Of a stretch of 64,000 bases of DNA, positions 33,511 through 42,233 are shown piece by piece; position 1 is the stretch's first letter, and each line of letters opens with the position of its first letter. The translations under genes were made by a program, and so were the position numbers. Source of the stretch: Planctomycetota bacterium (GTDB taxonomy: Bacteria; Planctomycetota; UBA1135; UBA2386); assembly GCA_020638655.1 (NCBI GenBank), contig JACKIC010000003.1, positions 136,990 to 200,989 on the forward strand, given 5' to 3'. A model generated the notes under the pieces. That model did not search any database and was not told the origin of the DNA. It saw only the letters and a program-made list of their open reading frames with translations.

Positions 33511-34137
33511 GGTGCCGATGGTGCCCGTCGTGTTCGGGTAGACCGTGGTGCTGCTGTTGTAGATGCGACTCGCCAGCGCGCCCGTCGACTGCACGTCGAG
33601 CTGCAGGCCGGGGTTGCCCGTGATCGGGCTGGTCGCCGGAGGCGGGATGTGGCTGAAGATGACCAGGTCGTTGCCGCTGGTCGGGTCGTAGAGGAAGTTG
33701 CTGGTCAGCGGCACGTCGACGGCCCAGATGCCGGGGGTCGAGGCCGTGACCGGCAGGACCGTGACCGGACCCGAGTAGACCTGCGTGAGGTCGGGGCCCA
33801 TGTTCGAGGCGAACGTCGTCGACGGCGTCAGCGCGTCGACCGTCGCCGTCGCCATGTCGACCGTGCACGAGCTGTACGTGCCGCCCGCCGAGGTCGCGCC
33901 GCCGTTGGCGCGGTAACGCAGACCTTGGATGATGATCGGGAAGTTCACGCCTTGCAGCGTGAAGTCGGTGCTGTCGTAGATCGTCTGGATCTCGAGCGAG
34001 CCCGTCGTGCCGCGGCCCCACGGGAACGCATTGCTGCTGTTGCCCTCGGTGGTGGCGGTGCCGTTCGGGATGACGACTGTGAATTGTGCGGTCGCGGCGC
34101 TGGCCAGCGCGACGATGGCGAGGAGTGAGCGTTGCAT
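31993..34137 (-). CDS. Exported multi-domain surface protein, tandem paralogue 2 of 29535-31685
   Basis: ATG 34137 with signal peptide MQRSLLAIVALASAATAQ. The architecture is the same as paralogue 1. The C-terminal ~500 aa are near-identical to paralogue 1 and the N-terminal ~210 aa have diverged. Confidence 0.85.
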   Translation of the reverse strand: MQRSLLAIVALASAATAQFTVVIPNGTATTEGNSSNAFPWGRGTTGSLEIQTIYDSTDFTLQGVNFPIIIQGLRYRANGGATSAGGTYSSCTVDMATATVDALTPSTTFASNMGPDLTQVYSGPVTVLPVTASTPGIWAVDVPLTSNFLYDPTSGNDLVIFSHIPPPATSPITGNPGLQLDVQSTGALASRIYNSSTTVYPNTTGTIGTSHGVVVEVTYVPAQGLYAGFGSDVQGGASPLTVNFTDNSFSSDPAGVLGWAWDFDGDSVVDSTLQNPTFVYQNCGTYDVTLTVVDASHSPSTLTRTAYINTDAVAASFTYALIAPGVMQFTDTSVPTPTSWAWDFDGDNVIDDTTQNPAHFYAAACTGATVTLTANRLCGAPSTATQAIVISPSTLAAANAGGNGTTGASAGNIFDVQVINPDGVNICGVTCRPYNYAGPFTMDLYASDGSYLDLVGGVVRHQVPSAWRLIGTGTATSVGGTTTTSQLTFVPLTSNAYLPQGNFSLAVMMTFQTGSAGVCYTTGSAANWGPFADANMVISPNPTVAGGLGKYNLFGTGANSPRVFNGGFHYSTWSDDGAAGIGFAGTGCANSLGQVSALTPSGNPTVGSTLTLTADNLPLSNAIMCTGYGNTTSLFGPLPLDLTSIGAPDCFLRVSTEAVLFVAGANNQIVWNFNIPNNPAFSGQQFYNQAIVIDFAANSAGAVMSDATGMLIGN

Positions 34138-34318
34138 CTAGATGCTGCCTGGTTTGGGTTGGTGCCTTCGGGAACTCCCCGATGGGCGCGCAGAAGCTAG
34201 CGAGCGGCGCGAATTGCGGTAGTGGCTCCCCGGCCCGTTTCGCGGGGTCAGCCACTCTTGGTGCAACTCGCGGTCGATGCTCCCGGGCGCATCTCCCAGG
34301 CGCGGTCGATCGGCGTGT

Positions 34319-35920
34319 TCAGTCGCCTTCGATCTTGACGACGCGGTAGCCGCCCTTGCTGCGGAAGTAGACGAGCAGCAGCAGGTAGATCACGGCCATC
34401 GTGCCCGGGATCCACGCGTCGGCGCGCAGGGTGCGGCGGTCGCCGACGATGCTCGCCTCGTAGACCGCGCGTTCGGCCGGCGTCAACTTGTCGATGGCAC
34501 CGGCGGGATCCTGACCGGCCTCGGCGAGGTCGGCGCGCGCCGCGTTGAGCTTCTCGGTGATCGCGCCGAACTGCTTGCCGTCGATGCCGTGGGCCTCTTC
34601 GAAGATCGTGAACTTGCTCGCCGTCTCCGCCTTGTATTCGGCGTAGGCGGCGGGGTTCTTGGCCTGCAGTTCCTCACCGGCGAAACGGTCCTTGGCGTAG
34701 CCGAGGCCCGGGCCGCCGAGCAGGCCGCCCGACATCATGCCGATGCCGCCCATGATCGAGATCGCGACCGCGCCCGTGCGCGGGAAGCGGTCGGAGGCGA
34801 CGGCCAGCATCGTCGGCCAGAAGAACGTCTTGCCGACCGCGTAGATCGCCAGGGCGATGATCGCCATCGCGAAGGTCTCGATCGTGCTCGACAGATACAA
34901 CCCGGCGCAGGCCAGCGCGGCGCAGCAGCACAGCAGGCCGACCGGCGAGAGCTTGAGCGTGCGCTCGATCCAGTGCGCGCAGAAGCGCAGGCCGAACATG
35001 ATCAGCGAGGTCCAGATGAACAGGAACTTGCCCTGCTCGGAGCTGAACAGGTTGCCGGTGATGTTCTGGATCCAGCCGTCGGTGCCGAGCTCGACGGCGC
35101 CGACCAGCGCGTGCGTGACGAACAGCACGAACAGCACGAGCGAGCCGAGCGACCACTTCGTCACGAAGCCCACGGCGAGCAGCAGCGCGCCGGCGATCGC
35201 ATAGGAGACGCCGGTGGGCAGGCCGACCGCGCCGGAGAAGAACAGGAAGAGCAGGTAGCAGATCACCAGGGCGCCGAGCAGGCCGACGTCGTGGAACATG
35301 TCGGCGAGCTTCATGCCCTTCGCCGAGGCTTCGCTCTTGGGCATGTGCTGGCCCAGGAACATCGCGCCGTAGCCGACGGTCGCCACCAGGAACAGCGTCA
35401 GCTGGATCTTCCAGTGCACGTGGTAGAGGTCGTCGAGCACCCAGCCGATCGCGGCGCCGAGCACGAGGCCGAGCGGCCACGAGGCGTGCAGGATGTTGAG
35501 GTAGTGGGTGCGGCGGTGCGGGAAGAGCGTCGCGACGAGCGGGTTGGCGACGGCCTCGAGCGTGCCGTTCGCGAAGGCGAACAGGAACATGCCCCAGTAG
35601 AGCATCGAGTAGGCGCTCTCACCGCCAGCGAGCAGCGTGACCACCGCCGAGAGGAAGTGCATCAGGAACGCGGCGATGACCAGCTTGCCGTAGCCGATGC
35701 GGTCGGCGATCACGCCGCCGATGATGATGCCGAAGCAGAAGCCGGTCAGGCCGCTGCCCGTGATCTCGCCGATCTGCGCACCCGTGAAGCCGAACTCGGC
35801 GCTCCAGTTGTCGAGGATGCCGCCGCGGATCGAGAAGCCGATGCCGGTGGCGAGGATGGCGACGAAGCCCGCCCAGAGCAGGCGGGATGCGTTGGGAGCG
35901 GTGGCGTTGGCGTCTTGCAT
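34319..35920 (-). CDS. MFS transporter with a soluble insertion before the last helix
   Basis: ATG 35920. It has about 12 or more hydrophobic helices with MFS-like loops ([16 protein letters not shown]). A ~100-aa hydrophilic segment precedes the final TM ([12 protein letters not shown]). Confidence 0.8.
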   Translation of the reverse strand: MQDANATAPNASRLLWAGFVAILATGIGFSIRGGILDNWSAEFGFTGAQIGEITGSGLTGFCFGIIIGGVIADRIGYGKLVIAAFLMHFLSAVVTLLAGGESAYSMLYWGMFLFAFANGTLEAVANPLVATLFPHRRTHYLNILHASWPLGLVLGAAIGWVLDDLYHVHWKIQLTLFLVATVGYGAMFLGQHMPKSEASAKGMKLADMFHDVGLLGALVICYLLFLFFSGAVGLPTGVSYAIAGALLLAVGFVTKWSLGSLVLFVLFVTHALVGAVELGTDGWIQNITGNLFSSEQGKFLFIWTSLIMFGLRFCAHWIERTLKLSPVGLLCCCAALACAGLYLSSTIETFAMAIIALAIYAVGKTFFWPTMLAVASDRFPRTGAVAISIMGGIGMMSGGLLGGPGLGYAKDRFAGEELQAKNPAAYAEYKAETASKFTIFEEAHGIDGKQFGAITEKLNAARADLAEAGQDPAGAIDKLTPAERAVYEASIVGDRRTLRADAWIPGTMAVIYLLLLVYFRSKGGYRVVKIEGD

Positions 35921-35975
35921 GGGACGAGCGGAGCGGGGAGAGCGGTGAGGGCGGGGAGAGGGAGAGGCAGGCGGC

Positions 35976-37097
35976 TCAGAGCGTGAACGCGGGCAGCTTG
36001 ATCAGCTTGCCGCCGTTCAGCGCCGACTCGTGCGCGCACAGGCCGACGCACGTCCAGTTCGCGGACTGCTTCGCGTTGGGGAACGGCTGGCGCTTCTCGA
36101 CGAGCGCCATCGCGAACTCGTGCGCGAGGTGCGGGTGGCTGCCGCCGTGGCCGCTGCCCTGCGTGAACGACAGGTGCGTCTTCTTGCTGGTGTCGTAGAC
36201 ACCCTTGGTCGTGTACTTCGCGATGCTCTTGGGCAGGCGCCTGGCGAAGTCGGGCGTCTTGATCAGCTTGGGGATCTTCGGCTCGGGCTTCTTGGCCGTG
36301 TGCATCACGAGCGGCTGGTGTTCGATCAGCGGCCACTCGACCGACTGCTTGCTGCCGTAGACGTCGATGCTCTCGCGGTACTGGCGCGCGGTGTCGAACA
36401 GCGAGCGGATGATGCGCGCGCTGACGTCGCTGCCCTTGAACGCGACGTGCGCGGTCTCGACCGCGAACGGGCTGCCGTAGTGCTTCTGCAGCGCCTTGCG
36501 GATCGTGCCCGAGCCGAAGCACGACACGTACTCGGCGGGCTTGCCGATCAGGCCGGCGACGGGGCCGACGCAGTGCGTCGCGTACCACATCGGCGGCAGG
36601 CCCGGCCAGTAGTTGGGCCAGCCGTCCATGTCCTGCTGGTGGCTCGCCTGCACGAACTGCAGCTTGCCGAGGTCGCCGTCGTCGAGCAGCTGCTTCATGA
36701 ACAGGTACTCCCGCGCGTAGACGACCGTCTCCATCATCATGTAGGTGAGGCCGGTCTTGGCGACGAGGTCGACGATGCGCTTGCAGTCGGCGATGTTGGT
36801 CGCCATCGGCACCGTGCAGGCGACGTGTTTGCCGGCCTTGAGCGCGGCGATCGACATCGCAGCGTGGTCGGGGATCGGCGTGTTGATGTGCACGGCGTGC
36901 ACGTCGGGGTCGCGCAGCAGCTCGGTGTAGCTGCGGTAGCGCTTCTGCACGCCGAAGTAGTCACCGACCGCGTCGAGCTTCTTCTTGTCGCGCTGGCAGA
37001 TCGCGTAGCACGCGGTGTGGGGGTGCTTCTGCCAGATCGGGATGAACTCGGCGCCGAAACCGAGGCCGATCACGGCCACGTTGATGGGCTGCTGCAT
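35976..37097 (-). CDS. Gfo/Idh/MocA-family oxidoreductase
   Basis: The N-terminal Rossmann motif is [14 protein letters not shown], with ...[30 protein letters not shown].... Length ~370 aa. It is adjacent to the MFS gene on the same strand. Confidence 0.85.
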   Translation of the reverse strand: MQQPINVAVIGLGFGAEFIPIWQKHPHTACYAICQRDKKKLDAVGDYFGVQKRYRSYTELLRDPDVHAVHINTPIPDHAAMSIAALKAGKHVACTVPMATNIADCKRIVDLVAKTGLTYMMMETVVYAREYLFMKQLLDDGDLGKLQFVQASHQQDMDGWPNYWPGLPPMWYATHCVGPVAGLIGKPAEYVSCFGSGTIRKALQKHYGSPFAVETAHVAFKGSDVSARIIRSLFDTARQYRESIDVYGSKQSVEWPLIEHQPLVMHTAKKPEPKIPKLIKTPDFARRLPKSIAKYTTKGVYDTSKKTHLSFTQGSGHGGSHPHLAHEFAMALVEKRQPFPNAKQSANWTCVGLCAHESALNGGKLIKLPAFTL

Positions 37098-37122
37098 GAA
37101 CCTTCCTGCGAAGAGCGTGGGA

Positions 37123-37142
37123 GGGCGTGCGCGGGCACGCCC
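37123..37142 (-). terminator. GC hairpin (GGGCGTGC-GCGG-GCACGCCC) between the HD-GYP gene end and the oxidoreductase start
   Basis: Perfect 8-bp stem with a 4-nt loop. It has no U-tract, so its function as a terminator is uncertain. Confidence 0.3.
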
Positions 37143-37222
37143 GGGCGAGTTGCAGGAGTGCAGCGGCGGCGCCGCGGCGAGTCAACGCCGAACCTCCGCG
37201 GTGGCGCAGAACGGCGCCCGGC

Positions 37223-38689
37223 TCAGTCCCAGCGCAGCGGGCTCTTGCGCGCGGCCGCGGGCTCGTCCTCGGCGGGTTCGGGGCGCGGCGCGGCGGGCTG
37301 CCGCTCCTCTTCGAGGCGGTCCGGGGTCAGCTCGAGCAGGATCGAGCGCGCGGCGCAGCAGCTGACGTCGCTGAGGTCGAGCAGCTGCTCCTCCTCGGCC
37401 GCGACGCCGTCGCCGTCGGCGGGGTCGAGCAGCTCCACGACCGGGCGCTGCGGGTCCTGGCTCTGGGACCGGACGACCGCGATCGCGCCGTCGTCGAGCT
37501 TGACGTGCTGGCCGATCGGGAAGATGCCGTTGATCTGCACGAAGCGGTTCAGCAGCCGCTGGTCGAGCTTGTCGCCCATCGCGATCATCACGCGGTAGGC
37601 GCGGATCGGGGACATCGGCCGCTTGTAGGGGCGGGCCGCCGTCAGGGCCTCGTAGATGTCGCAGATCTTGACGATGCTGGTGACCATCGTCGTCTCGTGC
37701 TCGTGCAGGGTGCGCGGGTAGCCGGTGCCGCCCGGGCCCCGGTGGTGACCAAAGGCCGCGGCGATCGCGAGCGGATCCGAGTCGGCGTGGTCGAGCAGGC
37801 ACTCGGCGCCCAGCGGCGCGTGGGTGTCCATGACGCGCCGCTCCTCGGCGCTCAGTGCGTTCTGCGAGTGCAGCAGCTCGAACGGGATCAGCGACTTGCC
37901 GACGTCGTGCAGCAGCGCGGCGGTGCCGATGCGGATCAGCAGCTCGCGGTCGTCGGTGAGCTCGCGCGCGAAGTTCATCGCCAGCACCGCGACCCGCACC
38001 GAGTGGCCGAACGTGAACGCGTCGTACTGGTCCTGGCGCGCGAGGCCGAGCACCGGCGCGTCCTTGCTCTCGAGTTGGGCCAGCACCTGTTCGGCGTGGG
38101 CCTGCACCGGCGCGAAGTCGATGCGCCCGCCGCGGCACACCGACACGGTGACGCTCTGCAGCAGGTCGACGACCGTCTGGTAGAACTGCACGCCGACGCG
38201 CATGCGCCCCGCCTTGGCGTTGCGTTCGGCGCCGGCCAGGCCGTCGTCGTACGGGGGCAGCAGGCGCAGGTTGCGGCACTGCTTGGCGACCAGCTGGGTG
38301 TTGAGCCAGGTGTAGTCCTTGCCCGGCTGCGGCTTGCTGCCGATGCCCGTGAGCAGCTCCTCGAGCTCGGTCGCGCTGGCCCCGTCCCACAGCTCGAGCC
38401 CGCCCGATCCCCATTGCTCGAGGCACTGGACCAGCCGCGCCGCGCCGATGCTCGCGCCCATCAGCGGCCGCTGGTCGAACACCACGAGCCCGTCGGCCAC
38501 GCCCAGGCACACCGGGTTGTTGCGCGACTCCTCGACCAGCTCGTGCAGGCGCTGCAGCACCGCCTGCACGGCGTCGCGCACGCGCGGATGGCTGCTGGCG
38601 TAGATCTTGGCGTTGACCAGGCAGACGACGAGCTCGTCGACGAGCTGGGTCGCCTGCGTCGTGACGTTCGTCTTGGCAACGGTGCTCAC
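37223..38689 (-). CDS. HD-GYP domain phosphodiesterase with N-terminal sensor-like domain
   Basis: GTG 38689 overlaps the upstream TGA (GTGA). The motifs are HDVGK and GHHRGPGGTGYP. The upstream part of ORF 37223-39094 is Arg-rich and overlaps the previous gene, so it was rejected. Confidence 0.85.
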   Translation of the reverse strand: MSTVAKTNVTTQATQLVDELVVCLVNAKIYASSHPRVRDAVQAVLQRLHELVEESRNNPVCLGVADGLVVFDQRPLMGASIGAARLVQCLEQWGSGGLELWDGASATELEELLTGIGSKPQPGKDYTWLNTQLVAKQCRNLRLLPPYDDGLAGAERNAKAGRMRVGVQFYQTVVDLLQSVTVSVCRGGRIDFAPVQAHAEQVLAQLESKDAPVLGLARQDQYDAFTFGHSVRVAVLAMNFARELTDDRELLIRIGTAALLHDVGKSLIPFELLHSQNALSAEERRVMDTHAPLGAECLLDHADSDPLAIAAAFGHHRGPGGTGYPRTLHEHETTMVTSIVKICDIYEALTAARPYKRPMSPIRAYRVMIAMGDKLDQRLLNRFVQINGIFPIGQHVKLDDGAIAVVRSQSQDPQRPVVELLDPADGDGVAAEEEQLLDLSDVSCCAARSILLELTPDRLEEERQPAAPRPEPAEDEPAAARKSPLRWD

Positions 38690-40653
38690 CGCGACCCTCC
38701 GCTCTCGATGGTGATCAGGGTCTCCGCCGCGACGCGCCGCACGGCGCGGGCCGCGCTGGAGAACTGGGTGAAGCGGCCGCGGCGCGAGAGTTCGAGCAGC
38801 AGCTGCTCGGTGTCGGGCGACGGCACGTGGCGCAGGTTGGCGATGGCCTCGACCAGGGTCGCCGTCGGCAACTCCTCGAGACCCGCCAGCACGTAGGCGC
38901 GCAGCGTCTCCTCGCTGAGGGTGCGCATGGTCGCATCGAAGCGGCCCTTGATCGCGGCCTCGAACAACGCCCGCAGGTAGCCGCGCGGCACGACCTCGGC
39001 GGGTTGCAGGCAGCTCAGGATCGCGCGCTCGGGGCTCGGCAGGTCGAGGCGGGACGTGTAGGCCACGACGCGCGCCAGGCACGTGTCCGGGCATTGCTCG
39101 GCGATCGCGGGCATCAGATGCAGCGCCACCTTGCCGCCCAACCGCAGCAGCGCCTCGACGACCTCCTCGGACTTCAGCACGCCGATCTGCTCGGCGGTCT
39201 CGGCGCCGCCGATCGCCAGCATCGGCGCCAGCGCCTCGAGCCCGCGGCGGAACTGGTCGATGTCGGGCTGTCGCGACATCAGCACCTTGGCAGCGATCGG
39301 CAGGGAGTGCGGGAAGCAGCGGGTCACGAAGTCGGCGTCGACGTAGCCGTAGTTGCGCACCGTCTCGGCCTGGCCGGCTTCGACCATCATCGCGATCAGC
39401 TGCGAGCGCAGCCGCTCGGGGATCGCGTTCGGCGTGCCCGGCTCCTGCAGGTAGGCGGCGATGCAGGCGAGCAGGCCGAGGTCCATGGTGCGCAGCTGCG
39501 CGACGATGTGGGCCCGGGCGGCGGCGCGCACCTCCTCGCGTTCGGTGTTGACGAAGGTGTGCAGGAAGATGCCGAACAGCTCGCGCGTGATCTTGGTCGC
39601 CGTCGCCTGCAGCTCGGTGGCGACCGGCAGGCGAACCTTGCGGCCGTCGGGCAGGGTCGCGAGCTCGCGCGTGAGCTCCTCGAGGCTCGCCTGGATGGCC
39701 TCGTCGCCGGGGCGGCCGCTGGGCAGGTTGTGGCGCACCGGCAGCTCGGGCGCCTCGGTCTGGAAGTACTTGCGCGCGACGCGCAGGGCGGTGCGCAGCA
39801 GGTCGCCTTCGTCGAGCCGCTCGCCGTCGCGCAGCGCGTTGGGCAGTTCGCGTTCGAGCGCCGCCAGGATCTCGACGATCTTCTCGGCTGCGACTTCGGG
39901 GTGGGCCGCGATCTCGGCGGGCAGCAGGTCGGCGATCGCCGCGAACAGGTCGAGCTCGTGGCCCATCTCGCCGGCGTGGCCGCAGGCGCCCTGCAGCGAG
40001 CTCATGCGTTCTTCGAGCCGCGTATCCCTGGCCAGGTGTTCGAGCACGGCGACGCGGCGCTTCTGCGCCGTCGCGTCCAGCGGTCCGAGGTTGCCCGCGC
40101 CGGCATCGGGGCCGCCCTGCCCCGTCTCACCGAACTCGCCGTCGGTCTCGCGGAACGTGCCGCTGAACACCAGGTCGTGCGCGCGGATGCGCGGGTGGGC
40201 GTCGGGCCACAGCGTGCGGAACGCCACGCCGGTGCGCGTGCGCGCCTGGTTGAGGGTCAGCGCGAACTCGACGATGTCCTGCGGCGTGCACGTCGGCTCG
40301 AAGGTGAAGCCGCGCAGGCCGGCGTCGCGCAGGCGGTTGAGCAGCCACGTCGCCTGGCCGTCCTCGGCGGGCAGGCGCAGGCTGTCGACCCACAGCTCGT
40401 CGCCGCGCTGGCCGATGGTCGTGGCGCGACGCTCTTCGAGCCCGGTGGCGAGTCGGCCGACGAAGTCCGCCGCGGCTGCGGTGACGCGCGGATGTTCGGG
40501 CGGGTAGATCGCGACGTTGCGCAGCGCGAGCGCCAGAGCGGTAGCTGTCGCGGCGGCCTCTCGATGGTCGCCGGTCAGGGTCACTTGGCGCTTTGGGTTC
40601 TCCCTACCCACAGGCGAGCTATCGGTCCGTCTCGCGGGGCATCTGGCGCCCAT
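38686..40653 (-). CDS. Hypothetical helical-repeat protein whose N-terminal domain is paralogous to that of the HD-GYP protein
   Basis: LALALRNVAIYPPEHPRVTAAAADFVGRL... aligns with LVVCLVNAKIYASSHPRVRDAVQAVLQRL... of the next gene. The rest is Leu/Ala/Glu-rich and helical. The start is uncertain: ATG 40653 or GTG 40584. Confidence 0.65.
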   Translation of the reverse strand: MGARCPARRTDSSPVGRENPKRQVTLTGDHREAAATATALALALRNVAIYPPEHPRVTAAAADFVGRLATGLEERRATTIGQRGDELWVDSLRLPAEDGQATWLLNRLRDAGLRGFTFEPTCTPQDIVEFALTLNQARTRTGVAFRTLWPDAHPRIRAHDLVFSGTFRETDGEFGETGQGGPDAGAGNLGPLDATAQKRRVAVLEHLARDTRLEERMSSLQGACGHAGEMGHELDLFAAIADLLPAEIAAHPEVAAEKIVEILAALERELPNALRDGERLDEGDLLRTALRVARKYFQTEAPELPVRHNLPSGRPGDEAIQASLEELTRELATLPDGRKVRLPVATELQATATKITRELFGIFLHTFVNTEREEVRAAARAHIVAQLRTMDLGLLACIAAYLQEPGTPNAIPERLRSQLIAMMVEAGQAETVRNYGYVDADFVTRCFPHSLPIAAKVLMSRQPDIDQFRRGLEALAPMLAIGGAETAEQIGVLKSEEVVEALLRLGGKVALHLMPAIAEQCPDTCLARVVAYTSRLDLPSPERAILSCLQPAEVVPRGYLRALFEAAIKGRFDATMRTLSEETLRAYVLAGLEELPTATLVEAIANLRHVPSPDTEQLLLELSRRGRFTQFSSAARAVRRVAAETLITIESGGSR

Positions 40654-40656
40654 CCG

Positions 40657-40673
40657 CAGAAATCGGATTTCTG
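40657..40673. promoter_or_regulatory. Perfect 8+1+8 palindrome CAGAAATC-G-GATTTCTG upstream of the HD-GYP operon
   Basis: Read directly. It is AT-rich in a GC-rich context. It lies 4 nt upstream of ATG 40653, or 73 nt upstream of the alternative GTG 40584. Operator-like. Confidence 0.4.
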
Positions 40674-40801
40674 TTCAAGTCCGACCGGGCGGCCGCTTGC
40701 TCCGCGCACGCCTGCCTCCGGACGTCGCCTCGGTTCACGTCGGAAACTGGAGTCCGAGACGGCGCGGGGAAACCCCTACGAACCCCGCCTTTCCATGGCC
40801 G

Positions 40802-41581
40802 TCACTTGCCGTCGGCGGGTGCGGCGACGCGGATCCAGGTCGCCACGATCGCGGGCGTTTCCGGCAACGCATCGCCGTCCTTCTCGACGCCGCAGGCTTC
40901 GATCGCCTTGAGCACCTCGAGTCCTTCGACCACCTGACCGTAGACGGTGTGCTTGCCGTCCAGATGCGGCGTCGGCACGAAGGTCAGGAAGAACTGGGAG
41001 CCGTCGGTGTTCGGCGCGCCCGAGTTGGCGGCGCTCAGCGTGCCGGCGGCCTCGTGCTTGCGCGGCTTGTCGAATTCGCCGTCGAGCGTGTAGCCGGCGT
41101 TGCCCGCGGTGCTGTTCAGGGGGCTGCCGCCCTGGGCCATGAAGCCCTTGAGGATGCGCGGGAACTGCAGCCCGTCGTAGAAGCCGGTGCGCGCCAGGTA
41201 GATCGCGCTCGCGACGTGCTTGGGCGCCGTGTCGGGGAACAGGCGCACGACCAGCACGCCCTTCGTCGTCTGCACGTGCCAGAAGTAATCGCGCTCGGCC
41301 GTGAACTCGAGCTCGGGCGGCGCCGGCAGCGCGGTCTTCCAGTCGGCGCGTTTGGTGCTGACCTTCTTCTTGGCGAACTTGTCGATCGTCACGATCGCCT
41401 TGTCCTTGGCCGTGACGGGGTCGTCCTTGGCGGGCTTGAGGCTCGCGACCTTCTCGCCCTTCTCGTCCTTCTGGGCCTTGGGCGGCTTGTCGTCCTTCGG
41501 CCTCTTGCCCTGCGCCGCGATCGGGGCAGCGGCGGCGAACAGGACGGCGAGCGCGGCGGCGAGGCGGATCGGTGTGCTCAT
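40802..41581 (-). CDS. Exported cyclophilin-type peptidyl-prolyl cis-trans isomerase with Lys-rich N-terminal linker
   Basis: The signal peptide is MSTPIRLAAALAVLFAAAAPIAAQ. The cyclophilin cores are FPRILKGFMAQGG and GTLSAANSGAPNTDGSQFFLTF...HLDGKHTVYG. Confidence 0.9.
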   Translation of the reverse strand: MSTPIRLAAALAVLFAAAAPIAAQGKRPKDDKPPKAQKDEKGEKVASLKPAKDDPVTAKDKAIVTIDKFAKKKVSTKRADWKTALPAPPELEFTAERDYFWHVQTTKGVLVVRLFPDTAPKHVASAIYLARTGFYDGLQFPRILKGFMAQGGSPLNSTAGNAGYTLDGEFDKPRKHEAAGTLSAANSGAPNTDGSQFFLTFVPTPHLDGKHTVYGQVVEGLEVLKAIEACGVEKDGDALPETPAIVATWIRVAAPADGK

Positions 41582-41660
41582 GGCGGCGACATCCTAGCTG
41601 TCGGGCCGGGGCATCGTCAGCAAGTGAGACGCCGCACTTCCGCCTCGCGGGCGAGGTGGC

Positions 41661-42080
41661 TCAGAAGCCGTCGACCTGCAGGCCGTTCGTCGTCTCGACG
41701 GCGCGGCCGCGGCGGTTGAAGTCGATCGTGGCGGCCTGCAGGTGCACGGTGAACGGCACCGTCGACGGCAGGCGCAGGCCGAAGCTGGCGTTGCCCCGGC
41801 CGTCGGTGATGGTCGCCTCGGTGCCGCGCGGATCGACGAGCAGCATGCAGTTCGTGCCCGGCAGCGGCTGCGGGACCGCCGCCAGGCTGCCCAGGACCAG
41901 GACGGTGACGGTGTTGGGCGAGGCGTGCGCCACGCGCAGGCGCAACCCAGCGCCGAGCGGCGTGTTGACGACCTGCCCGTGCAAGGTGCCGCCGCAGCGC
42001 ACACCGAACGGGGTCACCGTGTAGGTCTGGGCGAAGGCGGGCGCGCAGAGCAGCGCGGCGCAGAGGAGTTTGCTGAGCAT
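41661..42080 (-). CDS. Small exported protein consisting only of signal peptide plus the recurrent module
   Basis: ATG 42080 with signal peptide MLSKLLCAALLCAPAFAQ. The mature ~120 aa (TPFGVRCGG...TPLGAGLRLRV...PQPLPGTNCMLLV...DGRGNASFGLRLPSTVP...HLQAATIDF...) align with the C-termini of the large repeat proteins. Confidence 0.7.
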   Translation of the reverse strand: MLSKLLCAALLCAPAFAQTYTVTPFGVRCGGTLHGQVVNTPLGAGLRLRVAHASPNTVTVLVLGSLAAVPQPLPGTNCMLLVDPRGTEATITDGRGNASFGLRLPSTVPFTVHLQAATIDFNRRGRAVETTNGLQVDGF

Positions 42081-42233
42081 GGGAACCTCGACTGGTCCAG
42101 GTCAGGCGGACGCGAGGCGCACGATAGTCGAAAGCGGGGGTGGGGCAACGTCGCAGGATTGTCGCGGCAGCGGACTTCCGAGGCTGGTCCGCGCGGCGGT
42201 GATGGGGCAGCATCTGGCCGCCCACAGGGTTCC

